Source: an uncultured Barnesiella sp.
GTDB lineage: Bacteria > Bacteroidota > Bacteroidia > Bacteroidales > Muribaculaceae
Direction of reading: 5' to 3'
Assembly (NCBI GenBank): GCA_964544595.1
Contig: CAZJBM010000005.1
Span: 1,324-65,323 of the forward strand
DNA: 64,000 nt
The position numbers and the translations under genes are program-made. Below are positions 38,483 to 47,953 of this stretch, in pieces. Position 1 is the first letter of the stretch. Every line of letters starts with the position of its first letter. The notes beneath the pieces were generated by a model. That model had not been told where the DNA came from. It did not search any database and saw nothing but the letters and a program-made list of their open reading frames with translations.

Positions 38483-39136
38483 ATGAACACTTACAAACTC
38501 GCAGCCGAGCCCCGCACCGACCTCGGCAAGAAAGCAACCAAAGCTCTCCGCGCCGAAGGTAAAATCCCCGCAGTGATCAACGGCGGCGAAATCGTAGAAC
38601 TCCCCTTCAACGGCACTCTCGCCCCCGGCCAGAAACTCGTTGAAATCGAAGACGGCAAAGGTATCATCACTACCGACATCACCCTCACTCAGGAGGGCGT
38701 GCGCAAACTCATCTACACCCCCGACATCTACGCAGTGGAAATCGACATGAACGGCAACAAGAAAATGGCCGTGCTCAAAGAAGTGCAGTTCCACCCCGTG
38801 AAAGACACCGTGCTCCATATCGACTTCCTCGAAGTAGGCGACAAGAAGCCCGTTGTTGTTGAGGTTCCCGTTAAGCTCGAAGGCCACGCCGAAGGTGTTA
38901 AAGCCGGCGGTAAGCTCTCGCTCTCGATGAAGAAACTCAAAGTTCGCGCCATATATACCGAAATCCCCGAGCGCCTCATCATCAATGTCGACCACCTCGG
39001 TCTCGGCAAGAGCCTCGCGGTCGGCGACCTCCACTTCGAGGGTCTCGAACTCGTCAACGCTAAGAACGCAGTCGTTTGCGCCGTTCAGCTCACCCGCGCC
39101 GCCCGCGGTCAGCAGGCTGCCGCAGCCAACGCTTAA
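38483..39136 (+). CDS. rplY: 50S ribosomal protein L25 / Ctc
   Basis: GKKATKALRAEGKIPAV, KEVQFHPVKD..LHIDF, EGVKAGG; TAACTTCG at 38393-38400. Confidence 0.96.
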   Translation: MNTYKLAAEPRTDLGKKATKALRAEGKIPAVINGGEIVELPFNGTLAPGQKLVEIEDGKGIITTDITLTQEGVRKLIYTPDIYAVEIDMNGNKKMAVLKEVQFHPVKDTVLHIDFLEVGDKKPVVVEVPVKLEGHAEGVKAGGKLSLSMKKLKVRAIYTEIPERLIINVDHLGLGKSLAVGDLHFEGLELVNAKNAVVCAVQLTRAARGQQAAAANA

Positions 39137-39184
39137 TAAGCCCCGACGGCTCACGACTTATTTTACAACATCGTCTATAACATC

Positions 39185-39218
39185 AACCTCTTGCGGCCTC
39201 AGATGCTCGCAAGAGGTT
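39185..39218 (+). terminator. Hairpin after rplY
   Basis: aacctcttgcg / cgcaagaggtt followed by tgttgtt. Confidence 0.65.
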
Positions 39219-39240
39219 TGTTGTTAAGACCGAGCAACCA

Positions 39241-39253
39241 CCCCCCCCCCCCC
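39241..39253. repeat. Poly-C13 tract 2 nt upstream of DUF2752 start
   Basis: Direct count of 13 consecutive C. Confidence 0.9.
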
Positions 39254-39255
39254 TG

Positions 39256-39612
39256 ATGACCCTACTTAAGCGACACTCCCTCCCGGCCCTCATAGCCTTA
39301 GCGGCAGCCGCGGCAGCCATTATCGCCGCCGTTCCGTGCCCGATACGGTCGCTCACGGGCCTCAGCTGCCCCGGATGCGGCACGACCCGAGCCCTCGGCG
39401 ACCTGCTCGGCGGCCATGCGCTCGAAGCTTTAAGCCATAACTACTTCCTCGTTGTCTCCGCGCCTTATATCGCCCTGCTCGCGTACTCGGCAATCGCTGA
39501 CCGCGGTCCGGCGAAGAGTATCTACCGGCTATTGACTGCCCCCGCCGCCATAGGCGCGATGCTGTCGCTATCAGTCGCATGGTGGATCGCCCGCAACATC
39601 ATCAATCTTTAG
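39256..39612 (+). CDS. DUF2752 family membrane protein
   Basis: CPIRSLTG.SCPGCGTTRA..DLL.G....AL..N motif. Confidence 0.88.
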   Translation: MTLLKRHSLPALIALAAAAAAIIAAVPCPIRSLTGLSCPGCGTTRALGDLLGGHALEALSHNYFLVVSAPYIALLAYSAIADRGPAKSIYRLLTAPAAIGAMLSLSVAWWIARNIINL

Positions 39613-39659
39613 CCTCTCGCCACAAAGTCGACCATTTTTTCCCCTCACCGCACAATCCC

Positions 39660-40172
39660 ATGACTGAATACTACATCATATACAACGGCCAGCAGATAGG
39701 GCCGATGCCGAAGGAGCAGCTGCTCAACTACGGACTGACGCCCGACTCCAACGTGTGGGCGCAAGGTCTGCCAGGTTGGGTGCCCGCCTACACCGTTCCC
39801 GAATTAATGGAGATGTTGAGGCACCGCAAGCCCTCAACCCCGCCGCCGTTTAATCCCTCAGCCAACAACGGCTACAACAACGGCTACAACAACAGCCGTT
39901 ACCACCACTCTTACGACAACCCCGAAATCGCGACCACCGACAAGAGCAAAGTAGTCGCCGGGATTCTCGCGATACTCTTTTGCGGCTTAGGAGTGCAGTA
40001 TTTCTACTGCGGCAAGATTGCCGGGGGCTTTCTATCGATCCTCCTGTCGGTGGTCACCTGCGGTATATGGAGTATACTGATGTTCATCCAGGGCATCATG
40101 ATACTCTGCATGACCCAGCAGGAGTTTGAGGACAAATACGTGCTCTCCGACACGACTCTCCCTCTATTTTAA
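39660..40172 (+). CDS. GYF_2 domain + TM2 domain protein (start at ATG 39660)
   Basis: YYIIYNGQQIGP....L....LTPDS.VW..GL.GW (GYF_2); KSKVVAGILAILFCGLGVQYFY (TM2); NNGY repeat. Confidence 0.85.
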   Translation: MTEYYIIYNGQQIGPMPKEQLLNYGLTPDSNVWAQGLPGWVPAYTVPELMEMLRHRKPSTPPPFNPSANNGYNNGYNNSRYHHSYDNPEIATTDKSKVVAGILAILFCGLGVQYFYCGKIAGGFLSILLSVVTCGIWSILMFIQGIMILCMTQQEFEDKYVLSDTTLPLF

Positions 40173-40235
40173 CGCTTGGTGGCAATCAAGCCTCAGCCGC
40201 CGAAATATTCTATCAACGCTAATATCTACTAATTA

Positions 40236-40799
40236 ATGAAATATCTGATCGTAGGCCTCGGAAACATAGGCGACGAATACCGCTCGACACGCCATAATAT
40301 CGGCTTCATGATCGCCGACAAGCTCGTTGCCGACGCGGGCGCCTCGTTCTCGACCGAGCGCTACGGCGACATCTGCCGTATGCGCGTCAAAAACAAGCAG
40401 CTTGTGGTGCTCAAGCCCTCTACCTACATGAATCTATCGGGCAACGCCGTGCGCTACTGGATGGATAAGGAGAATATACCTCTCGACCACGTCCTGGTTA
40501 TCGTCGACGACATCGCGCTTCCGTTCGGCGCTATCCGCATCAAGCCCTCGGGCAGCGATGCGGGGCACAACGGTCTGAAAAACATCGCCCTGATGCTCCG
40601 CACTCAGGCTTACTGCCGGCTCCGCTTCGGCATAGGCGATAACTTTCCCCGCGGATGCCAAATCGACTACGTGCTCGGCTCTTTCACCCTCGACGAGCGC
40701 CAGAAACTCCCGACGCGCATCGACACGGCTGTCGAAGCCATCAAGGCATTCGTGCTGTCGGGGCTGCAGTTCGCCATGTGCAATTACAATAACAAGTAA
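40236..40799 (+). CDS. pth: Peptidyl-tRNA hydrolase
   Basis: [40 protein letters not shown]. Confidence 0.97.
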   Translation: MKYLIVGLGNIGDEYRSTRHNIGFMIADKLVADAGASFSTERYGDICRMRVKNKQLVVLKPSTYMNLSGNAVRYWMDKENIPLDHVLVIVDDIALPFGAIRIKPSGSDAGHNGLKNIALMLRTQAYCRLRFGIGDNFPRGCQIDYVLGSFTLDERQKLPTRIDTAVEAIKAFVLSGLQFAMCNYNNK

Positions 40800-40825
40800 C
40801 TCCACCTCCGCCTGTTTTTTAAGCA

Positions 40826-41263
40826 ATGAAATCTGAAGTAAGAATCGACAAATGGTTATGGGCGATGCGCATATTCAAGACGCGCACCGTGGCCACCGAC
40901 TCGGTAAAGAAGGGTCGCGTAAGCGTTGGCCCCGATGCTGAGACAGCCCAGCTCGTCAAGCCCTCGCGAATGATCAAGGTAGGGGAAATAATCCATGTGC
41001 GCAAGCCGCCGGTGACCTACAGCTTCCGCGTGAAAGCGCTGACCGAAAACCGGCTTGGGGCCAAACTCGTTCCGGAATATATGGAAAACGTCACCCCGCA
41101 GTCGCAGTACGATCTGCTTGAAGTGGTGAAAATATCGGGCTTCGTCGACCGCCGTAAAGGTCTTGGGCGACCCACCAAGCGCGAAGGCCGCGAGCTAAGC
41201 AAGTTCACCTCCGAAGCCTACGACGACCTCGGCTGGGACTTCGACGAAGAGGATTTCGAGTAA
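40826..41263 (+). CDS. hslR: S4-domain heat shock protein Hsp15
   Basis: RIDKWLWAMRIFKTR, KPSR, GRPTKREGR. Confidence 0.9.
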   Translation: MKSEVRIDKWLWAMRIFKTRTVATDSVKKGRVSVGPDAETAQLVKPSRMIKVGEIIHVRKPPVTYSFRVKALTENRLGAKLVPEYMENVTPQSQYDLLEVVKISGFVDRRKGLGRPTKREGRELSKFTSEAYDDLGWDFDEEDFE

Positions 41264-41281
41264 ACGGGGGGGGGGGAGGAT

Positions 41282-41860
41282 TCAGCGCAGAGCGTCGAGA
41301 AACTCGCGACGCAGCGACGCGTCGCTTTCAAACACGCCGTTATATTCGGTAGTGACGGTTGATGAATGTTGCTTCTCAACTCCGCGCATCTTCATGCACA
41401 GGTGCTCTGCCTCGCAGCATACCATCACCCCTTTGGCGCCGAGTATCTTCAGCACCTCGGCGCAGACCTCGGCCGTCAGCCGCTCCTGCACCTGAAGGCG
41501 GCGGGCGTAGATGTTGACAAGGCGAGCCAACTTACTGAGCCCCACGATTTTGCCGTCGGGGATATATCCGATTGAAATTTTACCGAAGAAGGGGAGGATA
41601 TGGTGCTCGCAGAACGAGTAGAATTCAATATCCTTAACGATAATCATGCGCGAGCCTTCGTGGGAGAAGATAGCCCCGTTGACCACCTGGTCGACGTCGG
41701 CCTCGTAGCCCCGCGTGGCGAAATACATGGCTTTGGCAGCGCGCAGAGGGGTTTTTACGAGCCCTTCGCGCTCAGGGTCCTCGCCGATAAGGCGCAGTAT
41801 CGCCTCATAGTGCCGCGCCAATTCGCTGATTATCTCGTCTTTGCTTTTGTTCATCTTCAT
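41282..41860 (-). CDS. folE: GTP cyclohydrolase I (start probably 41860 or 41854)
   Basis: DPEREGLVKTP.R, YSFCEHHILPF, GLSKLAR, RLQVQERLT, HLCMKMRG. Confidence 0.96.
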   Translation of the reverse strand: MKMNKSKDEIISELARHYEAILRLIGEDPEREGLVKTPLRAAKAMYFATRGYEADVDQVVNGAIFSHEGSRMIIVKDIEFYSFCEHHILPFFGKISIGYIPDGKIVGLSKLARLVNIYARRLQVQERLTAEVCAEVLKILGAKGVMVCCEAEHLCMKMRGVEKQHSSTVTTEYNGVFESDASLRREFLDALR

Positions 41861-41870
41861 GTGTATCCAA

Positions 41871-42365
41871 TTATCTGATAACCACACGGTCGCGAATCAC
41901 TCTGACCTCCGAAGCGTAGGAAGGGAATTTGCGGCGCAGCAGCGTCGCGGCCTTCTCCGCGTCTTCGCGGGTGGTGAAGTCGCCTAATTTCATACGCCAG
42001 TAGGGCGACTCATAGACCACGTAGGTGCGCTGGCCGGGGACGGCTCCCGCTACTCGGCGGGCAACGGTGTTGGCGCGGTTCTTGGCCGTGCGGGCGTTGT
42101 TGTCGGCAAATACCAGCACGCGGTAACCGGGCTGAACGCCTTTCTTCTTAGGCTTGTTATCCTCCGCGGCTCCCTGTGTCGCGGCTGCCTCTTCGGCAGG
42201 CGACTGCAAGATTCTCTCCTGAAGTCCGGCGGGCTGCTCGATGACGATCACCTCAGAGGCGTTGATGCGGTCGACGATGTTGAGCGAGTCGGTCGGCGCC
42301 GCGGTCTGAGCCGTAGCCGTCAGCGCAGCCAGTATTACCGGGGCTATAAGATAGATACGTTTCAT
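41871..42365 (-). CDS. SPOR domain protein, secreted
   Basis: Signal peptide; GYRVLVF, Y.SPYWRMKLGDFTTREDAE. Confidence 0.85.
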   Translation of the reverse strand: MKRIYLIAPVILAALTATAQTAAPTDSLNIVDRINASEVIVIEQPAGLQERILQSPAEEAAATQGAAEDNKPKKKGVQPGYRVLVFADNNARTAKNRANTVARRVAGAVPGQRTYVVYESPYWRMKLGDFTTREDAEKAATLLRRKFPSYASEVRVIRDRVVIR

Positions 42366-42527
42366 TGATGAAATAATTGATTAGAATGTATCGCCCGCCG
42401 CGTGTGACGCGTGTCGCGGGGTATACAAGGAATCGGACAAAAGAGCCCTCACTATGATAGGCAAAGGCTCGTTTTGTCCATACACCTTTCGCGATGCGCT
42501 CAGGCATCGCGGGTGAGTCAGCGAATC

Positions 42528-43283
42528 TTAGAATGCGGTGACGATGCCCATGAACGACTCGGCTTCGAGCGATGCGCCGCCGATAAGACCGCCGTCAACG
42601 TCGGGCTTCGCGAAGAGCGCCTTAGCGTTTGAGGGCTTGCATGAGCCGCCATAGAGTATCGAAGTGTTGTCGGCTACCTCGGCGCCATATTTGTCGGCGA
42701 TGGTCTTGCGGATGAAGGCGTGCATCTCCTGGGCCTGGTCGTCGGTCGCGGTCTTGCCGGTGCCGATTGCCCATACAGGCTCGTAAGCGAGGATGAGTTT
42801 AGCGAAATCTTCTGCCGAGAGGTCGAAGAGAGCTTCCTCGATCTGCGATTTAACAACGTCGAAGTAGGTGCCGTTTTCGCGCTGCTCAAGCACTTCGCCG
42901 ATGCAGAAGATAGGGGTGAGGCCGCACTGGAGAGCGAGGTTCACTTTCTCTTTGAGTGTCTCTGAAGTCTCGCCGTAGTACTGACGACGTTCAGAGTGGC
43001 CGAGAATCACGTATTTGGCTCCGGTCGAAGCTACCATAGGAGCTGAAACCTCGCCTGTGTATGCGCCTTTGAGGTGGTCGGCGCAGTTCTCGGCGCCGAG
43101 ACCGAGCTTCGACTGGTCGATAACATCATTTACCGATGCGAGGTGAGTGAAGGGGACGCAGATAATCACGTCGCACTTTGCCTCTACACCCTTAAGGGCA
43201 TTGTTAACGTCTTTAGCAAGACCCACGCCTTCCTGAAGGGTGGTGTTCATTTTCCAGTTGCCTGCTACAATATTTTTTCTCAT
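42528..43283 (-). CDS. tpiA: Triosephosphate isomerase
   Basis: [43 protein letters not shown]. Confidence 0.98.
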   Translation of the reverse strand: MRKNIVAGNWKMNTTLQEGVGLAKDVNNALKGVEAKCDVIICVPFTHLASVNDVIDQSKLGLGAENCADHLKGAYTGEVSAPMVASTGAKYVILGHSERRQYYGETSETLKEKVNLALQCGLTPIFCIGEVLEQRENGTYFDVVKSQIEEALFDLSAEDFAKLILAYEPVWAIGTGKTATDDQAQEMHAFIRKTIADKYGAEVADNTSILYGGSCKPSNAKALFAKPDVDGGLIGGASLEAESFMGIVTAF

Positions 43284-43328
43284 CTTAGAATATGTATTTT
43301 GGTGTTGTGAGTTTTTGCGATTGCAAAG

Positions 43329-44702
43329 TTACTTCCTTTTTTTGATTTTTTGATAGATTTCGACAATGATTTCCTGAAAAAGAGCCAGAGCCGCCAAAAA
43401 AACGAATACCGCGATAGTGGCTCCCTGCAGAAGGCTGCGGTCTGACACCTTCACGTCGGCCACCTTCATTTCACCCTTTCCTATGCGGTCAACGGCGTCG
43501 AAGTCGAAGGCCGAGAGGCTGCGTTTCCATTGTATCACCCCGTCGCGGAGATATACAAGCGACATGGAGCCTCGCGAAAGCTGCTTGAGCGAGGTGTCGT
43601 CTACCGTGTAGTATGGATAGTCCGACATCGAAAGGTCGACCCACTCGGCGATTTTCTCGGCAGGGGCGGCGATCAGGCCGATCATCGACCCTCCGTCGCG
43701 CTGCATCGCCTTGTTGAATTCGTTGGCGTGGTAAGAGTAGGAGATGTCGGCGCGGTCTCCTTCGGGTATGACCAGCAGAAGCTGCTCGCCGTAGGGCGCG
43801 ACTACGTCCTGTGTAACCTCCTCGTCGCGGTCGTAGATAGCGAAACTTGCCCTCTCGCCGGCCGAAGCGGGGGCCGCGGTTATGACGTCGCCAACCACGC
43901 GGCGGTCAACGAACGTCCATGTAGAGTCGGGGAGATTGTCGATACCGAACGCCTGCTGCTGTCCGTTTTTCTCATAGATGAACTCCATCTCTACCTCCTC
44001 ATCAGGCTCGTCGCCCATAAGAGCCTCAGCCAGATTCATCCCCGCGGGGAAGGGGCGGAAATCGACCATAGGCTGAATGTTGTAGCCGTAAAGCCCGACG
44101 AACAGGCAATACGCCATCGCGACAACCACCACGAGCCATTGAACGCCCGGGGTGTAGATCGCCGATCGAGTGCGGCGGTTGTATACACATAAATATATAA
44201 GCGCGAGCGTGATCGCGACGTTTTTCCAGAATGTGGCGGCATTTGACAGCACTATCGCGTCGCCGAAACATCCGCAGTCGGCTACTGGATCGGCCACCCA
44301 CGTCCACAGCGTAAGCGGCAGCATTACCGCCATCATCATCGTCAGCAGCCATGGCGCCAGGCGCTTGAAGCACCCCGTGGCCAGCAGGAATCCAAATATC
44401 AGTTCAAACGACGCTATGCCTATCGACGCGACCATCGAGAGCGACCTCAGCGGCTCAAGCCCCATAGCGTTGAGATAATCCTCTATTTTGAATATGAATC
44501 CCCATGGGTCGACGATCTTGACAAAGCCCGAAACCACGAACACTGCTCCGACAACCACCCTGAGCGCCCATACGGCCACAGGGCTGTAGAGCGATCTGAT
44601 CTGATTTTCGGTCTTTGGCGGGCATTTTTTGTCTTCCTGACTCGGCTTGCTCTCAGCGTCGCTGACTTCCGCCGCTCTCTTTGGGGTGATTTCCTCGCTC
44701 AT
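43329..44702 (-). CDS. DoxX/MauE-family membrane protein (BT_3928-like)
   Basis: GAVFVVSGFVKIVDP, DCGCFGD, DFRPF. Confidence 0.8.
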   Translation of the reverse strand: MSEEITPKRAAEVSDAESKPSQEDKKCPPKTENQIRSLYSPVAVWALRVVVGAVFVVSGFVKIVDPWGFIFKIEDYLNAMGLEPLRSLSMVASIGIASFELIFGFLLATGCFKRLAPWLLTMMMAVMLPLTLWTWVADPVADCGCFGDAIVLSNAATFWKNVAITLALIYLCVYNRRTRSAIYTPGVQWLVVVVAMAYCLFVGLYGYNIQPMVDFRPFPAGMNLAEALMGDEPDEEVEMEFIYEKNGQQQAFGIDNLPDSTWTFVDRRVVGDVITAAPASAGERASFAIYDRDEEVTQDVVAPYGEQLLLVIPEGDRADISYSYHANEFNKAMQRDGGSMIGLIAAPAEKIAEWVDLSMSDYPYYTVDDTSLKQLSRGSMSLVYLRDGVIQWKRSLSAFDFDAVDRIGKGEMKVADVKVSDRSLLQGATIAVFVFLAALALFQEIIVEIYQKIKKRK

Positions 44703-45235
44703 TACTCGGTAAGTTTAATTATGGCGAATATGGCATAATTGATCATGTCCATGTAGTTGGCGTCGATGCCTTCCGACACAGCCGTCACTCCCTGGTGATC
44801 CTCGATCTCCTTTGTGCGCATCAGCTTGGTCAGGATGATGTCGGTGTACGACGACACCCTCATCTTGCGCCATATTTCGTCGTAATCATGGTTCTTGGCA
44901 AGCATAAGCGAGCGGGACTCGCCCATAAGCGCGTCATAAAGTTCTTCGGCCTCTTCGGGGGTCATATCCTTCGTGTCGCTGAATCCCTTCTGAAGCTGTA
45001 TCAAGCCTATGATGCCGTAGTTGACTATCGCAACAAATTCCGGCAATATCCCTTCGCCTACCATCGAAACGCCCTTAGTCTCCAGCGAGCGTATGCGGTT
45101 GGCCTTAATGAGTATCTGGTCGGTGATCGACGTGGGGCGCATTAAACGCCACGAAGCTCCGTAGTCGCGGAGCTTGTCGTGAAACACTTTGCGGCATCGT
45201 CCGATCGCCGCGTCAAATTGCTTTACTGTATCCAT
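44702..45235 (-). CDS. DUF1599 protein
   Basis: Duplicated K..DYG.SWR / KNHDY.E.WR motifs, NY.DMINYAIF. Confidence 0.85.
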   Translation of the reverse strand: MDTVKQFDAAIGRCRKVFHDKLRDYGASWRLMRPTSITDQILIKANRIRSLETKGVSMVGEGILPEFVAIVNYGIIGLIQLQKGFSDTKDMTPEEAEELYDALMGESRSLMLAKNHDYDEIWRKMRVSSYTDIILTKLMRTKEIEDHQGVTAVSEGIDANYMDMINYAIFAIIKLTE

Positions 45236-45274
45236 TTGTAATGGTTGCGGTTTACGTATTCTCAGAGCGGCGGC

Positions 45275-47281
45275 TTAGCGTGCCAAGATGAGGGCCGAAG
45301 TGGGGGCCACTGTCATTTCGCCCCCCTTTGCCGTGCGGAGTCCGTCGGCTTTGAGGCTTCCGTCCTCGGCAACGACGGTCCAGTTGCCTTTAGGTATTTT
45401 CACCTTCTTGGGCTTATCCGAGCCGTTAAACACAAGCTTGATTTCCTTCCACTCGTCGCCGTTGGCATTGTTCTTGATTGAGTAGCTGATTAGGTTATCC
45501 TCCTTGACGTTGTCGAAAACGATATTCTTGGCGATCTCCTCGGCGGTGGTCATGCGGAAGGCGGGATGAGCCTTGCGGAGCTTGATAAGCTCCTGGTAGT
45601 AGTTGAACTGGTCGGCGTTTTTGTTCTTAAGCGTCCAGTCGATGCCGTTGATCGAGTCGGGCGACTGGTAAGAGTTGTGCACCCCCTTCTTGTCGCGGAA
45701 CACCTCTTCGCCGGCAAACATGAAGGGCGTGCCCTGCGACGTGAACACTATCGTCTGCGCCAGTCGAGCGGCGCGTTGGCGCTCAGCCTCGGTAGAGCCG
45801 GGCATCGATTTCGCGAGCTTGTCGGTGAGCGTCAAGTCGTCGTGACACGATACATAGTTGATAATCTCGGTAGGAGCCTTCGCGTAGGCGAATTTTGAAT
45901 TGTTTCCTTTCGAGTAGTCGACCTGCGGATGCGCGGTTGCGGCCACAATGCCGATTTTCACCGTCTCCTCATTGCCGGGTTTCCCGGTAGCGAAGCCGCG
46001 GTCCTCGGCGTTGCTGTAATGTCCTTTGATAGCATCGCGGATGTCGTCGGAGAACACGGCTATGCCGTTCATCTTGCCGACGTTCTCCTTCAGCGCGCGC
46101 TGATCGACCGGGAGGGGAGAGTCGCCCGCGGTCCATCCCTCGCCGTAGACAAATATGTCGGGATTGATTTTCTTCAATTCCGCCGCCACCTCGTTCATCG
46201 TCTCCATGTCGTGGATAGCCATGAGGTCGAAACGGAAGCCGTCGATATGATATTCATCGGCCCAGTATTTCACCGAGTTGATTATGAAATCGCGCATCTG
46301 CTGGCGTTCAGAAGCTGTCTCGTTGCCGCATCCCGAAGCGTCGCTGTAAGTCCCGTCGGCGCGGTGGCGGTAGTAATAGCCGGGGGCCGTAAGCGAGAAG
46401 TTTGAATCGTCGTTATTGGCCGTATGGTTGTAAACCACGTCCATCACCACGCCTATGCCGGCGTCGTGGAGAGCCTTGACCATCTCCTTCATCTCGCGTA
46501 TACGCGCTTCGGGGTTGGCCGGATCGGTCGAGTAGCTGCCTTCCGGCGCATTGTAGTTATACGGGTCGTAGCCCCAGTTATACTTATTATTTTGGAGGTT
46601 AGCCTCGTCGACGCTGTTGTAGTCGTAAGAGGGGAGAATATGCACGTGTGTCACGCCTAATTCCTTCAAGTGGTCGATGCCGGTCTTATCGCCGAGCGGG
46701 GTAGTGGTGCCATCCTCAGTCAGAGCGAGGAATTTTCCCTTGTGCACTATGCCGCTCGATGGGTCGATTGAGAAGTCTCGGTGGTGCATCTCGTAAATCA
46801 CGGCGTCGGTGATATTCTTAAGCCGCGGCCCCTTGTCGTCGCTCCATCCGGCTGGATCGGTGCTGTCGAGATCCACTATCGCGGCGCGCTTGCCGTTAGT
46901 GCCCACGGCTTTAGCCCATACGCCGGGAGTCTCGTCGAGCCATTTCCCATCGTGCTTAACCTTGAACGTATAGAAGTTACCCACATTCTCCTTGCCTGCC
47001 GAGGCGCGCCACACGCCATTTTCGCCCAGGCGCATAGGTATCTCGGCGATTGCCGACGAATTGCGGTCGGTGGGATAAATGTAGAGAGTCACCGCCTCGG
47101 CCTTAGGCGACCACAGCGCGAAATCTACGCTCGCGGGCGCGATCACCATCTCGAGGTCTTGACCCGCATATGTGGGGTAGGATGCGTAGACGCTATCGTC
47201 TGCTGCCGCTACGCCGTAGCCGCTAAGCATCATGCTGAAAGCGAATGCTCCCGATGCCATATTCTTGAAGTTTATATTCAT
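45275..47281 (-). CDS. pulA: Type I pullulanase (GH13)
   Basis: YNWGYDP, MDVVYNH, GFRFDLM, YGEGW, YVSCHD; signal peptide. Confidence 0.92.
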   Translation of the reverse strand: MNINFKNMASGAFAFSMMLSGYGVAAADDSVYASYPTYAGQDLEMVIAPASVDFALWSPKAEAVTLYIYPTDRNSSAIAEIPMRLGENGVWRASAGKENVGNFYTFKVKHDGKWLDETPGVWAKAVGTNGKRAAIVDLDSTDPAGWSDDKGPRLKNITDAVIYEMHHRDFSIDPSSGIVHKGKFLALTEDGTTTPLGDKTGIDHLKELGVTHVHILPSYDYNSVDEANLQNNKYNWGYDPYNYNAPEGSYSTDPANPEARIREMKEMVKALHDAGIGVVMDVVYNHTANNDDSNFSLTAPGYYYRHRADGTYSDASGCGNETASERQQMRDFIINSVKYWADEYHIDGFRFDLMAIHDMETMNEVAAELKKINPDIFVYGEGWTAGDSPLPVDQRALKENVGKMNGIAVFSDDIRDAIKGHYSNAEDRGFATGKPGNEETVKIGIVAATAHPQVDYSKGNNSKFAYAKAPTEIINYVSCHDDLTLTDKLAKSMPGSTEAERQRAARLAQTIVFTSQGTPFMFAGEEVFRDKKGVHNSYQSPDSINGIDWTLKNKNADQFNYYQELIKLRKAHPAFRMTTAEEIAKNIVFDNVKEDNLISYSIKNNANGDEWKEIKLVFNGSDKPKKVKIPKGNWTVVAEDGSLKADGLRTAKGGEMTVAPTSALILAR

Positions 47282-47309
47282 CTGTTATATTGTTAATTAG
47301 GTGTCGATA

Positions 47310-47621
47310 CTATTTGAGCATGACGCGCTTCGTCCAGTTGTCGCACTTGACGATATAGAATCCCTTGGGCAGCTCCACCTTTACGGGCATCGCTTTAACT
47401 GTCAAAGTCTTAATAAGCTGGCCTGTAATGGAGAAAATCTGAAACTTCACCGCCTCCTGATTCGGGCTGCGAAGCTCTATCACGGTGCCGCTGACCTTTA
47501 CCAATGGCTGCTGCTCCTGAGCCCGCTCCTCAACCGGAGGCTTCTGCTCAGCCGCCACAACCGCCACAGGCATCGCCGCGACTGCCGACAACAAAATCAA
47601 ATATATTATAAGTCTTTTCAT
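47310..47621 (-). CDS. Small protein consisting of signal peptide + T9SS type-A C-terminal sorting domain
   Basis: IFSITGQLI..LPKGFYIVK...TKRVMLK CTD pattern; TACCTTTG at 47656-47663 (minus). Confidence 0.7.
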   Translation of the reverse strand: MKRLIIYLILLSAVAAMPVAVVAAEQKPPVEERAQEQQPLVKVSGTVIELRSPNQEAVKFQIFSITGQLIKTLTVKAMPVKVELPKGFYIVKCDNWTKRVMLK

Positions 47622-47953
47622 GAAAACGCTTGTCTCTTACGTGAGATTTCATCCACAAAGGTACGCATTATTCCCGACACACACAATAATTATTTATAAA
47701 AGTTGAATTCAACCACCCCGCTCAACCGATGGCAATCCTTCCCGCAGCCGATTCCGCCTCATGTTTACAAACCTTTTAAACACAAAATCTAAGTTAATCG
47801 CTCCTTAGCATTTGGCTGTTTGAAAAAAAAATCGTAGATTCGCGGCTGATTTTTTGGGTAAGTATACACTGACTGCCCGCTTTTCACGCAGCACGCTGCT
47901 CAGGCCTCTTTGCCGCGGAGCAACTGCTCACGATAAATTAGCTACTTACTTTT

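Noticed and set aside
41266-41276. Poly-G11 tract
   Set aside because: Lies between two convergent stop codons, so length change has no obvious consequence
43329-45235. DUF1599 and DoxX-like genes next to tpiA-SPOR-folE
   Set aside because: As I recall, this is the standard conserved Bacteroidales gene order
47835-47953. Possible riboswitch in the glycogen synthase leader
   Set aside because: Only short weak stems; no known aptamer core recognised
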